Assembly (NCBI GenBank): GCA_963748015.1
Contig: CAVVHE010000004.1
Coordinates: 2,144,001 to 2,208,000, forward strand
DNA length: 64,000 nucleotides
DNA from: Terriglobia bacterium
Lineage (GTDB): Bacteria; Acidobacteriota; Polarisedimenticolia; Polarisedimenticolales; JAIQFR01
Reading direction: 5' to 3'
The position numbers were made by a program, and so were the translations under genes. Each line of letters begins with the position of its first letter. Position 1 is the stretch's first letter. Positions 30,691 to 39,985 of the stretch are shown piece by piece. The notes under the pieces are model-generated. The model did not search any database. It saw only the letters and a program-made list of their open reading frames with translations, and had not been told where the DNA came from.

Positions 30691-31479
30691 ATGGAATCGG
30701 CGGCGGCCGTTCTCGTTCTCTCCCTCGGCACGGCTTTCGGCCTGTCGGTCCTGCTCTGGGCCGCCAGCGTGATCCGGCGGGACGCGAGCATCGTGGACCC
30801 GTTCTGGGGAATCGGGTTCATCGTCCTGGCCTGGCTCTACTTCTTCACTCTCCGGCCCGGCCCGGCGCGAGGCCCGCTTGCCGTCGCCCTGGTCACGGTC
30901 TGGGGTGCGCGGCTGTCCTGGCACCTCTTCCGGCGGAACTGGGGGAAGGGGGAGGATTACCGCTATCGCGAGATGCGGGAGAGCCACGCGGGCAACTTCG
31001 CCGTCAGGAGCCTCTTCACCGTCTTCCTTCTGCAGGCCGCGGTCCTGTGGGTTGTCGCGCTCCCGCTCTTCCAGGCGACGCGTGCCCGGCAGCCGGAGCG
31101 GCTCGCGCCGCTCGACGTCGTCGGGGGGCTCGTTTACGCGGCCGGACTGCTCTTCGAGACCGTGGGCGACCGGCAGCTCGCGCGGTTCCGGTCGGATCCG
31201 TCGAATCGCGGCAAGGTCCTCGAGAGCGGGCTGTGGCGATACACGCGCCACCCTAACTACTTCGGCGACGCGATGGTCTGGTGGGGGCTCTTCCTCATCG
31301 CACTCGCGACACCGGGGTCGGCCTGGACCGTCGCGAGTCCTGCGCTGATGACGTTCCTCCTGATGAAGGTCTCCGGTGTCGCGCTGCTCGAACGGAAGCT
31401 CCGCGAGAGCAAGCCGGAGTACCTGGAATACGCGCGCAGGACCAGCGCCTTCTTCCCGTGGCCTCCGAAGCGCCGGTGA
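30691..31479 (+). CDS. DUF1295 (steroid 5-alpha-reductase-like) membrane protein
   Basis: ASIVDPFWG, GEDYRY, GLWRYTRHPNYFG, YARRTSAFFPW. Confidence 0.92.
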   Translation: MESAAAVLVLSLGTAFGLSVLLWAASVIRRDASIVDPFWGIGFIVLAWLYFFTLRPGPARGPLAVALVTVWGARLSWHLFRRNWGKGEDYRYREMRESHAGNFAVRSLFTVFLLQAAVLWVVALPLFQATRARQPERLAPLDVVGGLVYAAGLLFETVGDRQLARFRSDPSNRGKVLESGLWRYTRHPNYFGDAMVWWGLFLIALATPGSAWTVASPALMTFLLMKVSGVALLERKLRESKPEYLEYARRTSAFFPWPPKRR

Positions 31480-31489
31480 CCGGCGGCGC

Positions 31490-32941
31490 TCAGCGGCTCT
31501 TCTTGATCCGGCCGTAGGCGGCCAGCGCGGCGGTCCTTGCGGCGCCGTGGTCCACGATCGGGCGGGGGTAGCTCTCGCCGATCCCGACTGCGACCGCGGC
31601 CGGCGTGCCCGCGGGCGCCTTCCACGGCGCGTGGACGAAGCGCGCGGGGAGGGCCGCCAGCTCCGGAACGTGCCGGCGAACGTATTCCCCTTCCGGATCG
31701 TAGCGCTCCCCCTGGGCGACGGGGTTGAAGACGCGGAAGTAGGGGGCCGCGTCGGCCCCGCAGCCGGCCGTCCACTGCCAGCCGAGCGTGTTGTTCGCGA
31801 GGTCGGCGTCCACCAGCGTGTCCCAGAACCACCGGGCGCCTTCCTGCCAGGGAAGCAGCAGGTCCTTCACGAGGAACGACGCCACGATCATCCGGACGCG
31901 GTTGTGCATCCAGCCGGTCGTCCAAAGCTGGCGCATCCCGGCGTCCACCATCGGGTATCCGGTCCTTCCCTTCCGCCAGGCCTCGAGCGCCTTCGCGTCC
32001 CTCCGCCAGGGGAACCGCTCGAACTCCGGACGCAGGGGCCGGTCGGCGGTGTGGGGGAAGTGGAAGAGCAGGTGGTGGGCGAACTCGCGCCACACGAGTT
32101 GCCGCAGGTACGCCTCTCCCCCTTTCGAGAGCGCGTTTCCCGCGCCGACTCCGGCGTAGGCGTTGACGGCGCTCCACACCGCCCGAGGCCCGATCTCGCC
32201 GAAGTGAAGATGCGGGGAGAGGCGCGAGGTCCCTTCGATGTCGGGCCGGTCGCGGCCGGCCGGGTAGCTCTCGACGACGTCGTCCAGCAAGCGCTCGAGC
32301 GCCCCGGCGGCGCCATTCTCCCCCGGCGTCCACGCGGCGCGGAGTCCTGCCGCCCAGTCCACCTCGGGCTCGAGGCCGAGCGACGCGACGTTCTCCGAGC
32401 GCGGCCACCTCGACGGGGCCGGCACGTCGCGAGGCGCTCTCCGCGGTTTCAGGGACGGCGGCATCCTGAGGCAAGCGTTGTAGAACGGGGTGAACACCTT
32501 GAACGGGCCGCCGACCTTGGTGGCGATCTCCCGGGGCTCGAACAGGAGCGCGGCGTTGAAGGTGCCGACCTCGACCCCGTCCTTGCGCAGGGCCTGCTCC
32601 ACGATCCCGTCGCGCTCGACGACGCGGGGCTCGTAGCGGCGGTTCCAGTGGACGGCCGAAGCGCCCGTGGCGCGGATCAGCTCCCGCAGCGTTTCCAGCA
32701 CGCCGCCCCGCCGGACGACGAGGCGCGAGCCTTTCGCCTCGAGAGATTCCGAGAGGCGGCGGAGGGACTGCGCGATCCACCAGTTACTTGCCGCGCCCGG
32801 CGCCCACGGCTCCTCGTCGGAGGGGGCCCAGATGAAAACCGGGATCACCGCGCCGCCCCGTTCGAGAGCGGCGGTCAGGGCGGGGTTGTCCTGGAGCCTC
32901 AGGTCCAGCCGGAACCAGACGATCGTCGCGCCACGGGTCAT
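31490..32941 (-). CDS. phrB: deoxyribodipyrimidine (CPD) photolyase, class I/III type
   Basis: IVWFRLDLRLQDNPAL, TSRLSPHLHFGEI, GRTGYPMVDAGMRQL..TGWMHNRVRM, DADLANN..GWQW, PYFRVFNP. Confidence 0.95.
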   Translation of the reverse strand: MTRGATIVWFRLDLRLQDNPALTAALERGGAVIPVFIWAPSDEEPWAPGAASNWWIAQSLRRLSESLEAKGSRLVVRRGGVLETLRELIRATGASAVHWNRRYEPRVVERDGIVEQALRKDGVEVGTFNAALLFEPREIATKVGGPFKVFTPFYNACLRMPPSLKPRRAPRDVPAPSRWPRSENVASLGLEPEVDWAAGLRAAWTPGENGAAGALERLLDDVVESYPAGRDRPDIEGTSRLSPHLHFGEIGPRAVWSAVNAYAGVGAGNALSKGGEAYLRQLVWREFAHHLLFHFPHTADRPLRPEFERFPWRRDAKALEAWRKGRTGYPMVDAGMRQLWTTGWMHNRVRMIVASFLVKDLLLPWQEGARWFWDTLVDADLANNTLGWQWTAGCGADAAPYFRVFNPVAQGERYDPEGEYVRRHVPELAALPARFVHAPWKAPAGTPAAVAVGIGESYPRPIVDHGAARTAALAAYGRIKKSR

Positions 32942-33024
32942 GAGCGGTCCTCGACTGCCCGACTCGGGCCGGCCGAGCGTACCGGGCACCGGCGCGCGCC
33001 GGGAGGCGCTCGCCGGCAGTGGAG

Positions 33025-33390
33025 CTACTTCTTGCGCTCGCCCTTCATCTCGCGGACCTGCCCGTTGAACTCGGTGCTCAGGGTGATCGTGTCCCCCTCG
33101 AGCTTTCCCTTGTACTGCAGGGTCATCATGTTGCCGTCGCGGCCGGGCCGCTCGACGGAGAACGTGAAGGCGGCGCCGTCCACGCTCCCGTCCTTGATCT
33201 GGGCCTCTCCGCGCGGGCCGCTCACGGACCCGGTGAGCTTCTTGCCGTCCACCTTGAAGGCGTAGGTCTGCTCCGTAGGCTGTCCGTCCCGCCCGGTCAT
33301 CTTCACGACCCAGGAGCCGTTGAGATCGGCCGCCAGCACCGCCGTCGCCATCAGCGCGCAGAGCGCAAGAACCGGAATCGCTTTCTTCAT
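33025..33390 (-). CDS. small secreted beta-rich hypothetical protein
   Basis: AAGGAGG RBS; signal MKKAIPVLAL..VLA; ADLNGSW..FKVDGKKLTGSV. Confidence 0.8.
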   Translation of the reverse strand: MKKAIPVLALCALMATAVLAADLNGSWVVKMTGRDGQPTEQTYAFKVDGKKLTGSVSGPRGEAQIKDGSVDGAAFTFSVERPGRDGNMMTLQYKGKLEGDTITLSTEFNGQVREMKGERKK

Positions 33391-33624
33391 CGGGGCCCGC
33401 CTCCTTCGCAAAATATCGGTGCGGCCGCCCTCCGGGACGCCGGCCGGCAGCCCGAACCGCGATTCAAGGTCCGCCAGTGTAGCCCCGGCCACCGATCCGC
33501 GCCCTCGGCGCCCGACCGCCGACCGCGCGCCGATCGTCGGCGAAGCAGGACCGTGGAGTGCCGTCTTTTCCTGGGGAGGCTCAGGAGGCGATTCTCGACA
33601 TCGTGAACGGCGTGGACGCCTCGC

Positions 33625-34338
33625 TCAGTCGCCGCGCTTGGGCGCCTTCTCGACCGGTACGTCGATCGTGATCTCGGCGCCGTTGCGCATGAGGCGAAGG
33701 ACGAGATCGTTGCCGACGCCGCTTCCCCGGACGGCATAGAGGAACGCGCCCGCCGAGCGGACCGGCTCGCCGTACGCCTCGAACACGACGTCACCCAGGT
33801 CGAGGCCGGCCGCCTCCGCCGTGCTCCCGGGCTCGATCATCGAGATCATCACCCCCGCCTCGCGCGGCGCGCCGAAGTGCTCGCGGAGCGCCGGTGGGAT
33901 GTCGATGGCCACGGCGCCGATGTGGCCGGTGACCATCGGCAGGCTCCCGAGGTCGCTCGGGCGGGTCTCGAGACGAACGTCGAGGTCCAGCTCGCGCCGC
34001 CCCCGGCGCACGTGGAGCGAGGCCCACGCTCCGGGCTCGAGCCCCTGGATGCGCGATACCAGCTCGGCCGGCGAAGCGATCGCGCCGCCGTCGATCGTGA
34101 GGATGACGTCGCGGGACCTCAGCCCGGCCTTCTCCGCCGGCCCTCCCTCGACGAGGCCGCGAACGAGGACCCCCGGAACCGGGGAGTCGTTCCCCTTCTC
34201 GGGCGCGTTCACGGGCACGAGGGAGGCGCCGAGCCACCCCTGAGGCCGCCCCTCTTGGCCCTCGGCCGCGGGCACGGCCCCCTGGAAGGCCACGAGGAGG
34301 ACGAAGGCGGCGACACCGAGAGAGCGCGGGCGGAACAT
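33625..34338 (-). CDS. secreted protein with two PDZ domains and no protease domain
   Basis: GGAGG RBS; signal peptide; GWLG...GPAEKAGLRSRDVILTIDG and GSTAEAAGLDLGDVV. Confidence 0.85.
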   Translation of the reverse strand: MFRPRSLGVAAFVLLVAFQGAVPAAEGQEGRPQGWLGASLVPVNAPEKGNDSPVPGVLVRGLVEGGPAEKAGLRSRDVILTIDGGAIASPAELVSRIQGLEPGAWASLHVRRGRRELDLDVRLETRPSDLGSLPMVTGHIGAVAIDIPPALREHFGAPREAGVMISMIEPGSTAEAAGLDLGDVVFEAYGEPVRSAGAFLYAVRGSGVGNDLVLRLMRNGAEITIDVPVEKAPKRGD

Positions 34339-34433
34339 GGGAGCCTCCAACCGGCCGGGGGAATCTTCTCGGCCGGACTCGCCTTCAACTCTACCCCGGG
34401 TTCTCGGACCCCTCAACCGCGCGCCGGCCGGGC

Positions 34434-36458
34434 CTACTTCGACTCCGCGACGACGACGCCGCTCCAACCGGGCTCGACCCCTTCCCGCTGCAAGCGCTCG
34501 CACAGGCTGAGGTAGTAGGACGAGGGGCCGTCGCCTCCGTCGCGGCGCGCGACGACCTCTCGGAATCCCGCGGCGGCCCGTTCGAACTCTCCCCTGTCGA
34601 ACTCGGCGAGGGCGGCCTCGAACGTCTCGAGGTCGGGTCGGCTCGCGGGCAGCGTCTCGCCCGGCGCCGCGACCAGCTCGAACAGCGCCACGGGCTCGTG
34701 CCGGCCGACCACGCGAACTCGGCCGATGCGCCGCGCGACGAAGCCCTCGCCCGCCGCGGCGAACGCCTCTCCCGAGACGATCGCCCCCGTCCCGAACATC
34801 TTGTTGAGCCCCTCGATCCGTGACGCGAGGTTCACGGCATCGCCGATCGCGGTGTAGTCGAACCGCTGGGCCGATCCGAGATTGCCGACCAGCATCCGGC
34901 CGGTGTGAACCCCGATGCGCGTCCTGAGACGCTTCGCGGCATCGCCGGAGGCTCCCCGCTCCGCGTCCATCCGCGCCAGGGCCAGGGCCGTCCGGCAGGC
35001 CCTCGCCGCGTGGTCCGTCACGCGCACGGGGGCCCCCCAGATCGCGAAGACCGCGTCGCCGATGTACTTGACGAGCGTGCCCTCGGTCGCGAACACGTGG
35101 CCGGTCGCCTCGGAGAAGTACCGGTTGAGCATCGCGGCCGTCTCCTCGGCGGTCATGGACTCGGCGACGGTCGTGAACCCCACGATGTCCGTGAACATCG
35201 CGGTGGCGACGATCTCCTCGCCGCCGAGGTTGAGGGCCGAGGGGTCCTCCGCGATCTGGCGGGCCGCGTCCGGGGAGAGGTAGAACGAGAAGGCGCGCTT
35301 GACCCGCTCCCTCTCGCGCACGGTGGTCAGGTAGTACCAGATCACGCTCACCGTGTAGGCCAGGGGGAGCTGGATCGCCGAGGGGATCACCGCCGGGATC
35401 CACAGGCTCTCACGCGTGAACGCGAGGTACGCCGCGGCCCACGGAAGGGCGGCAAGGAAGGGCAGCGTGACCGCGCCGAGGCGGGGATCGAGCCACACGA
35501 ACACGAGGAGCGCCGCGATCGGCAGGAGGATGAGCATCCCCATCTCGAGCCCGGGATGGAGGAGGTCGAAGCGGCGCCCGTCGAGGAGGTTCGCCGCGAT
35601 CGTCGCGTGGATCTCGACGCCGTAGGTCGTTTCGCCTCGCCCGCCGGTGAACGGCGTGCGGAAGGCGTCCTTCGGGGCGGGACCCGACGCCGCCGGGTTC
35701 GAGAGTCCGACGAAGACGATTTTCCCCTTGAAGAAGTCGCGCGGCAGGTAGCGCTCGGGTTCGAGGGCCTGGTAGACGGAGACGGTCTTGATCCCGATCC
35801 GGGCGGGACCGTAGTAGTCGATGAAGCGGGACTCGGTCTCGCGGTTCGATCGGTCCCCGGTCGCGGCCTGGTAGGCCGCTAGGGCGAGACCCGGCCGCCC
35901 GTTGAGAGCGAGCCACGCGCTTCGGATCACGCCATCGCGGTCGGCGGGGAGGTTCACCTCCGCAACGGCCGCGGCCGCCTTCCCGAGCGGCTCCCACGGC
36001 TCGATCTGCCTGGCCTCGTTGAAGAGCGAGTCCTCGACCAGCTCGACGGTGGCGCCGATGACGACGATGCCGGTGTCGGCCATCGCCGAGCGAAGCTCCT
36101 CGTCCTGCTCCGGGTCCCCCGGGTCCACGAAGAGGACGTCGAAGGCGACGGCCCGGGCCCCCGCGCGCGCGAGGGAGCGGATCAGCTGCGCGTGCAGCCC
36201 GCGGGGCCAGGCCGCCTTCCGGTCGGCCTCGAACACCCGGTACGACTCGTCGTCGATCGCGACGACGCAAACGCCTGGCGGAGCGGGACGCGCGCCGCGC
36301 CACTGGAACAGGAGATCGAGGCCGGCCCGCTCCAGCCCCTCGGCCGGAGGCCAGCGGATCAACCCGACGCCGACGAGCCCCGGCACGAGTGCCAGGAGGA
36401 TCGCGGCGCGTGCCCGGCGCAGGCCGGACCAGAGTCGCCGCTTCGACTCGACAGGCAT
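34434..36458 (-). CDS. CHASE2-domain class III adenylate cyclase
   Basis: VVAIDDES..WPR..HA.LI..GARAVAFDVLF, D.DGVIR, GVEIHA; 3 TM; MFTDIVGFT, VKYIGDA, YTAIGDAVNLASRIE (Lys/Thr ATP-specifying pair). Confidence 0.93.
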   Translation of the reverse strand: MPVESKRRLWSGLRRARAAILLALVPGLVGVGLIRWPPAEGLERAGLDLLFQWRGARPAPPGVCVVAIDDESYRVFEADRKAAWPRGLHAQLIRSLARAGARAVAFDVLFVDPGDPEQDEELRSAMADTGIVVIGATVELVEDSLFNEARQIEPWEPLGKAAAAVAEVNLPADRDGVIRSAWLALNGRPGLALAAYQAATGDRSNRETESRFIDYYGPARIGIKTVSVYQALEPERYLPRDFFKGKIVFVGLSNPAASGPAPKDAFRTPFTGGRGETTYGVEIHATIAANLLDGRRFDLLHPGLEMGMLILLPIAALLVFVWLDPRLGAVTLPFLAALPWAAAYLAFTRESLWIPAVIPSAIQLPLAYTVSVIWYYLTTVRERERVKRAFSFYLSPDAARQIAEDPSALNLGGEEIVATAMFTDIVGFTTVAESMTAEETAAMLNRYFSEATGHVFATEGTLVKYIGDAVFAIWGAPVRVTDHAARACRTALALARMDAERGASGDAAKRLRTRIGVHTGRMLVGNLGSAQRFDYTAIGDAVNLASRIEGLNKMFGTGAIVSGEAFAAAGEGFVARRIGRVRVVGRHEPVALFELVAAPGETLPASRPDLETFEAALAEFDRGEFERAAAGFREVVARRDGGDGPSSYYLSLCERLQREGVEPGWSGVVVAESK

Positions 36459-39400
36459 CAGTACGTGATCTCGAGCCTCACCATGACCGTCCGGGCGGGA
36501 ATCACCCGCTCCTGCACCGAGCGCTCGTAGAACTCGAACTTCTCGTTGAGGACGTTACGCGCGTCCAGGACGAGGGATCCCCAGCGCTTCGGGAATCGGT
36601 AACCGATCGCGGCGTCGGCGACCCAGAAGGTCGCGTTCCGCGTCGAGAACGTGGCCGTCTCGGGATCGAGGCTGTCGAACTGGTCGACTTCCTGGTCGTA
36701 GCGCGTGCCGCCGACCCGGGCGAAGAACCCCTGCGGGGTGAAGAAGCGGACCTCGGGGCGGAATCGCTTCGTGTGGATCCGGTCCTGGAATCCTCCCGTC
36801 GACGTGATGGAGGTCGTGTTGAACTCGCGGTCCTGGTCGTCGTAGCCCAGGGTGGCCGCCATCCAGGTCGTCAGGGCCGCGCTGGCGTAGACGTTCAGGA
36901 ACTTGTCGTCGCCGGAGCGCTCCTCGACCGTGCTCGGCGCGTACCCCGCGCACCCCGAGTACGGGCTCCACTCGTTCTCGCGATCGCAGTAGCCCTCGGG
37001 GATCGTGAGGTTGCGGTACAGGTACGATGCTCCGACGAACCAGCGCCGGCCGAAGACCTGGTCCACGCCCAAGCCGTAGTTCCACGAGCGCGTTCCCGCG
37101 GAGTCCTCGAAGAACTGGTTGAAGCCCCCGACCTGCGTGGGCTCCAGGGTCTGGAGCCGCCCGAGGAACGGCGCGAGCCGGTGGTAGACGCCTGCGCGGA
37201 GGGTCGTGGCCCTGCCGAGGACCCAGGTGGCTCCCAGCTTGGGGCTGAATTCCGACCTCGTGTACGAGAGGTCCGAGGCGGGGACGTTCGAGTCCCGGGG
37301 GGGAGGAAGCCGATCGGGGCCATGACCCGCTCGAAGGAGCCTCCGAGGGTGAGCTCGACCGGCCCGAGGTCCTTGAGCTTGTAGTAGCCGTACCCGTTGG
37401 TGAAGGTGTCGTCCTGCTTCAGCGCCGGAGAGCCGGGGTCCGCGCTCGCGAGCTCGACGTTCCCGCTGAACTGGCCCGCGCCGAAGATCCAGGCTCCGGG
37501 ACCGGTCCGCTTGACCCACTGGATCTCGAGCTGCGGTCCTTCGAGCGTTGCCGTGCCGCGGGGAACGGAGTAGAAGTCCATCCCCGTCTGCTCGGTGCGG
37601 TTCCAGATCGCCGAGACGGCGAGGTCCGACTCCGCGGAGATGCGGCGGTGCCAGCCGAGTCCGACGTTGGTCTCGTCCGTCTCGAAGCGCTCCGGGGTGA
37701 TCGCCGGCAGCAGCTGCCGGAGGGGCAGGTCCCCGGTCGTGCGATTGCCCTGGATGAAGTTGAGCTGCAGCGTGTCGCTGTCGCTGGCCGCGACCTGCAC
37801 GAACCCCCGGCCGACCTCGTTGTGCTCGTCGGCGTTCTTCCGGAAGCCGTCGTCGCGGAAGTTCGAGTACGACACCGCGGCCGCGTAGCGTTCGCCGTTC
37901 ACGGTCACGATCGCGTCACCGCTCCGGACCGCGCTCTGCTCGTTCTCCGAAAGCTTGTAGCAGGGCACGTCGCCGCACATCTCGCCCGTGCCGAAGGCGG
38001 AAAGATCCGTGTTGGTCGTTCCGTACGCGGCCTTGCCGAAGAACCGCGCGCGCGGCCGCTCGAACAGCGAGGTGTACTCGTTGTACGAGGCCACGGCGTT
38101 GACGATGTCCGGACGCGCCGCGTTGGTGCTCACCGGCTGGTAGATGCGCGCCTGCAGGACCTCGCTCAGGAACGCCGGGGCGTAGAACGGAAGGTTCCGG
38201 TAGTTCCCCGCGAGCAGCATGTGGCTCGAGTGGTTCGCCTGGTCCTGGTCCGCGCTCCTGCGGGCGGCCACGAGCCCGGCGTCCTCGAACCCGAGATCGT
38301 TGAAGATCCTGGCCTGGTCGGCCCCGCGTACGGCCTGGTCCTCGTCGAGGAGGAGCCTCGAGCGATAGACGGCGCGATTGTCGTTCTTCTCCATCGACTG
38401 CATCAGGTCGTCGAGCGCTTCCACCGGCCGGTTCTCGCTCTGGAGCAGGATCGCCGAGTAGAGCCACGGCGTGGGATCCGAGGGGTCCAGTCCCTTCGCC
38501 GCGGCGAGCTCCTTGCCCGCTTCCGACGAGCGCTTCTCCTCGTAGTACGCCTTGCCGAGGTAGGACCGGATCAGCGAATTGCCGGGATCGAGGATCGCGG
38601 CGGACTGGATCTGCTCGCGCCCTCCGACGAGGTCCCCGAGGCGCAGGCGCGCGATGCCCATCCCGACGTGCGCGGTCGCGAGCCCCGAATCGGCGGCCAG
38701 GGCCCGCTCGAAGAGCTTCTCGGCGTCCCAGGAGCGAAGCCGGGCCAGCTCCACGAAGCCCAGGACCGTCAGGGATCGCGCGTCGTCCGGCGCGCGCTCG
38801 AGGGCGCTCGACGCCGCGCTCCGCGCCCCGCGGAGATCTCCCTGCGCCATGCGCAGCTCCGCCACGCGGGCGAGCGCCACGGGGTCCTTCGGGTCCAGCT
38901 TGGCGGCGCGCTCGGCCAGCGCGGCCGCCATCTCGATGTCGAACTCGGCCTGGGCCACGAAGGAGGCCGCCAGCGCCGCCGAGGCGGAATCGGCGTTGGC
39001 CACGACCGCTTCGCCGGAGAGCCGGTGCGCCTCGTCCTTCCGGTCTCCCACGAGAGCGATGACCGTCGCGAGGGACAGCGCGACCGGATCGGACGGGCGC
39101 CGCGAGCGCACGCCGTCCACCAGCGATTTGGCCTTCTCCACCTGCCCCGTCGCGAGCAGGCCGGCCGCCTCCCTGAGGGATGCGCCGTCCTCGCCCATGC
39201 CGTCGAGGCGCTTGGCGTCGGCGCCGCCGAGCACCGGCGGATAGTACAGAGCCCACGCCACCGCGTCCCTCGGCCGCACCACGACGCTCCGCACGGGGGC
39301 CTTGCCCGGCTCGGCGACGGCGCGCTCGCCGGCGCCCACCTCGACGCTCCCGTACGGGTTCGAGGCGAGCACCACCCCCTCGATCATGGTGATGGTGGTG

Positions 39401-39873
39401 GCCCCTCCCTCGGCGACGTCGACCGCGAACTCCGTCCCCTTGATCGCGGCGGTGACGGTCGCGGTCTCCACCCGGCCGAAGTCCTTCGGCTTGCGGCTGG
39501 TGAAGTAGTGGCGCCCGGAGAGCACCTTGAGCAGGCCGGGGCTGTCCTGGGCAGGCGGCACGATCTCCACCTCGCTCTTCTCGTCGAGGCGGTGGAGGGT
39601 ATCGTCGGCGTACAGGATCGCCGCGCGGCTCGAAGCACCCGTCCTGACGCGGTCGCGCGCGAAGAGCAGCTCGCCGACGACGGTCCTGGCCCATCCTTCG
39701 GCCCCGGCTTTGCGGGACTCGACGGCGTTCTGGGCCGCCGCGACCTTCGCGAGGCGCCCGGATCCCTCCTGCGCCGCGAACACGGCCAGGGGGACGAGAA
39801 GCGCGGCCACCGCCGCGGTTGCGAGAGTCCTGATCGCCGATGTCCCGAAGCGCGACACCTTGACCGTGTTCAT
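36458..39873 (-). CDS. FecR + TPR + TonB-receptor-like beta-barrel outer-membrane protein, split by a frameshift at the G7 run 37297-37303
   Basis: N-part (ORF 36895..39927): signal, RTG...AAIKGTEF..IEG.V (FecR), many TPRs, RAVYRSRLLLDED. C-part (ORF 36458..37519): FSPKLG...LEPTQVGGFNQFF...DAAIGYRFP...NVLNEKF...LEITY. One extra C joins them. Confidence 0.85.
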
Positions 39874-39985
39874 GGCAGCTGGATCCTCCGCTGGGAAGAT
39901 CGTCTCACACGAGCCCCGCCGATCCAAGAGGATCGGGCGGGGCGGGTGCGGGACGAGTCGGGACCGCCTCCGTGATGGCCGGAGT

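Noticed and set aside
17522..32941. ars and light-response blocks as a mobile island
   Set aside because: No integrase, transposase, tRNA or flanking direct repeats seen; coding GC similar to the flanks
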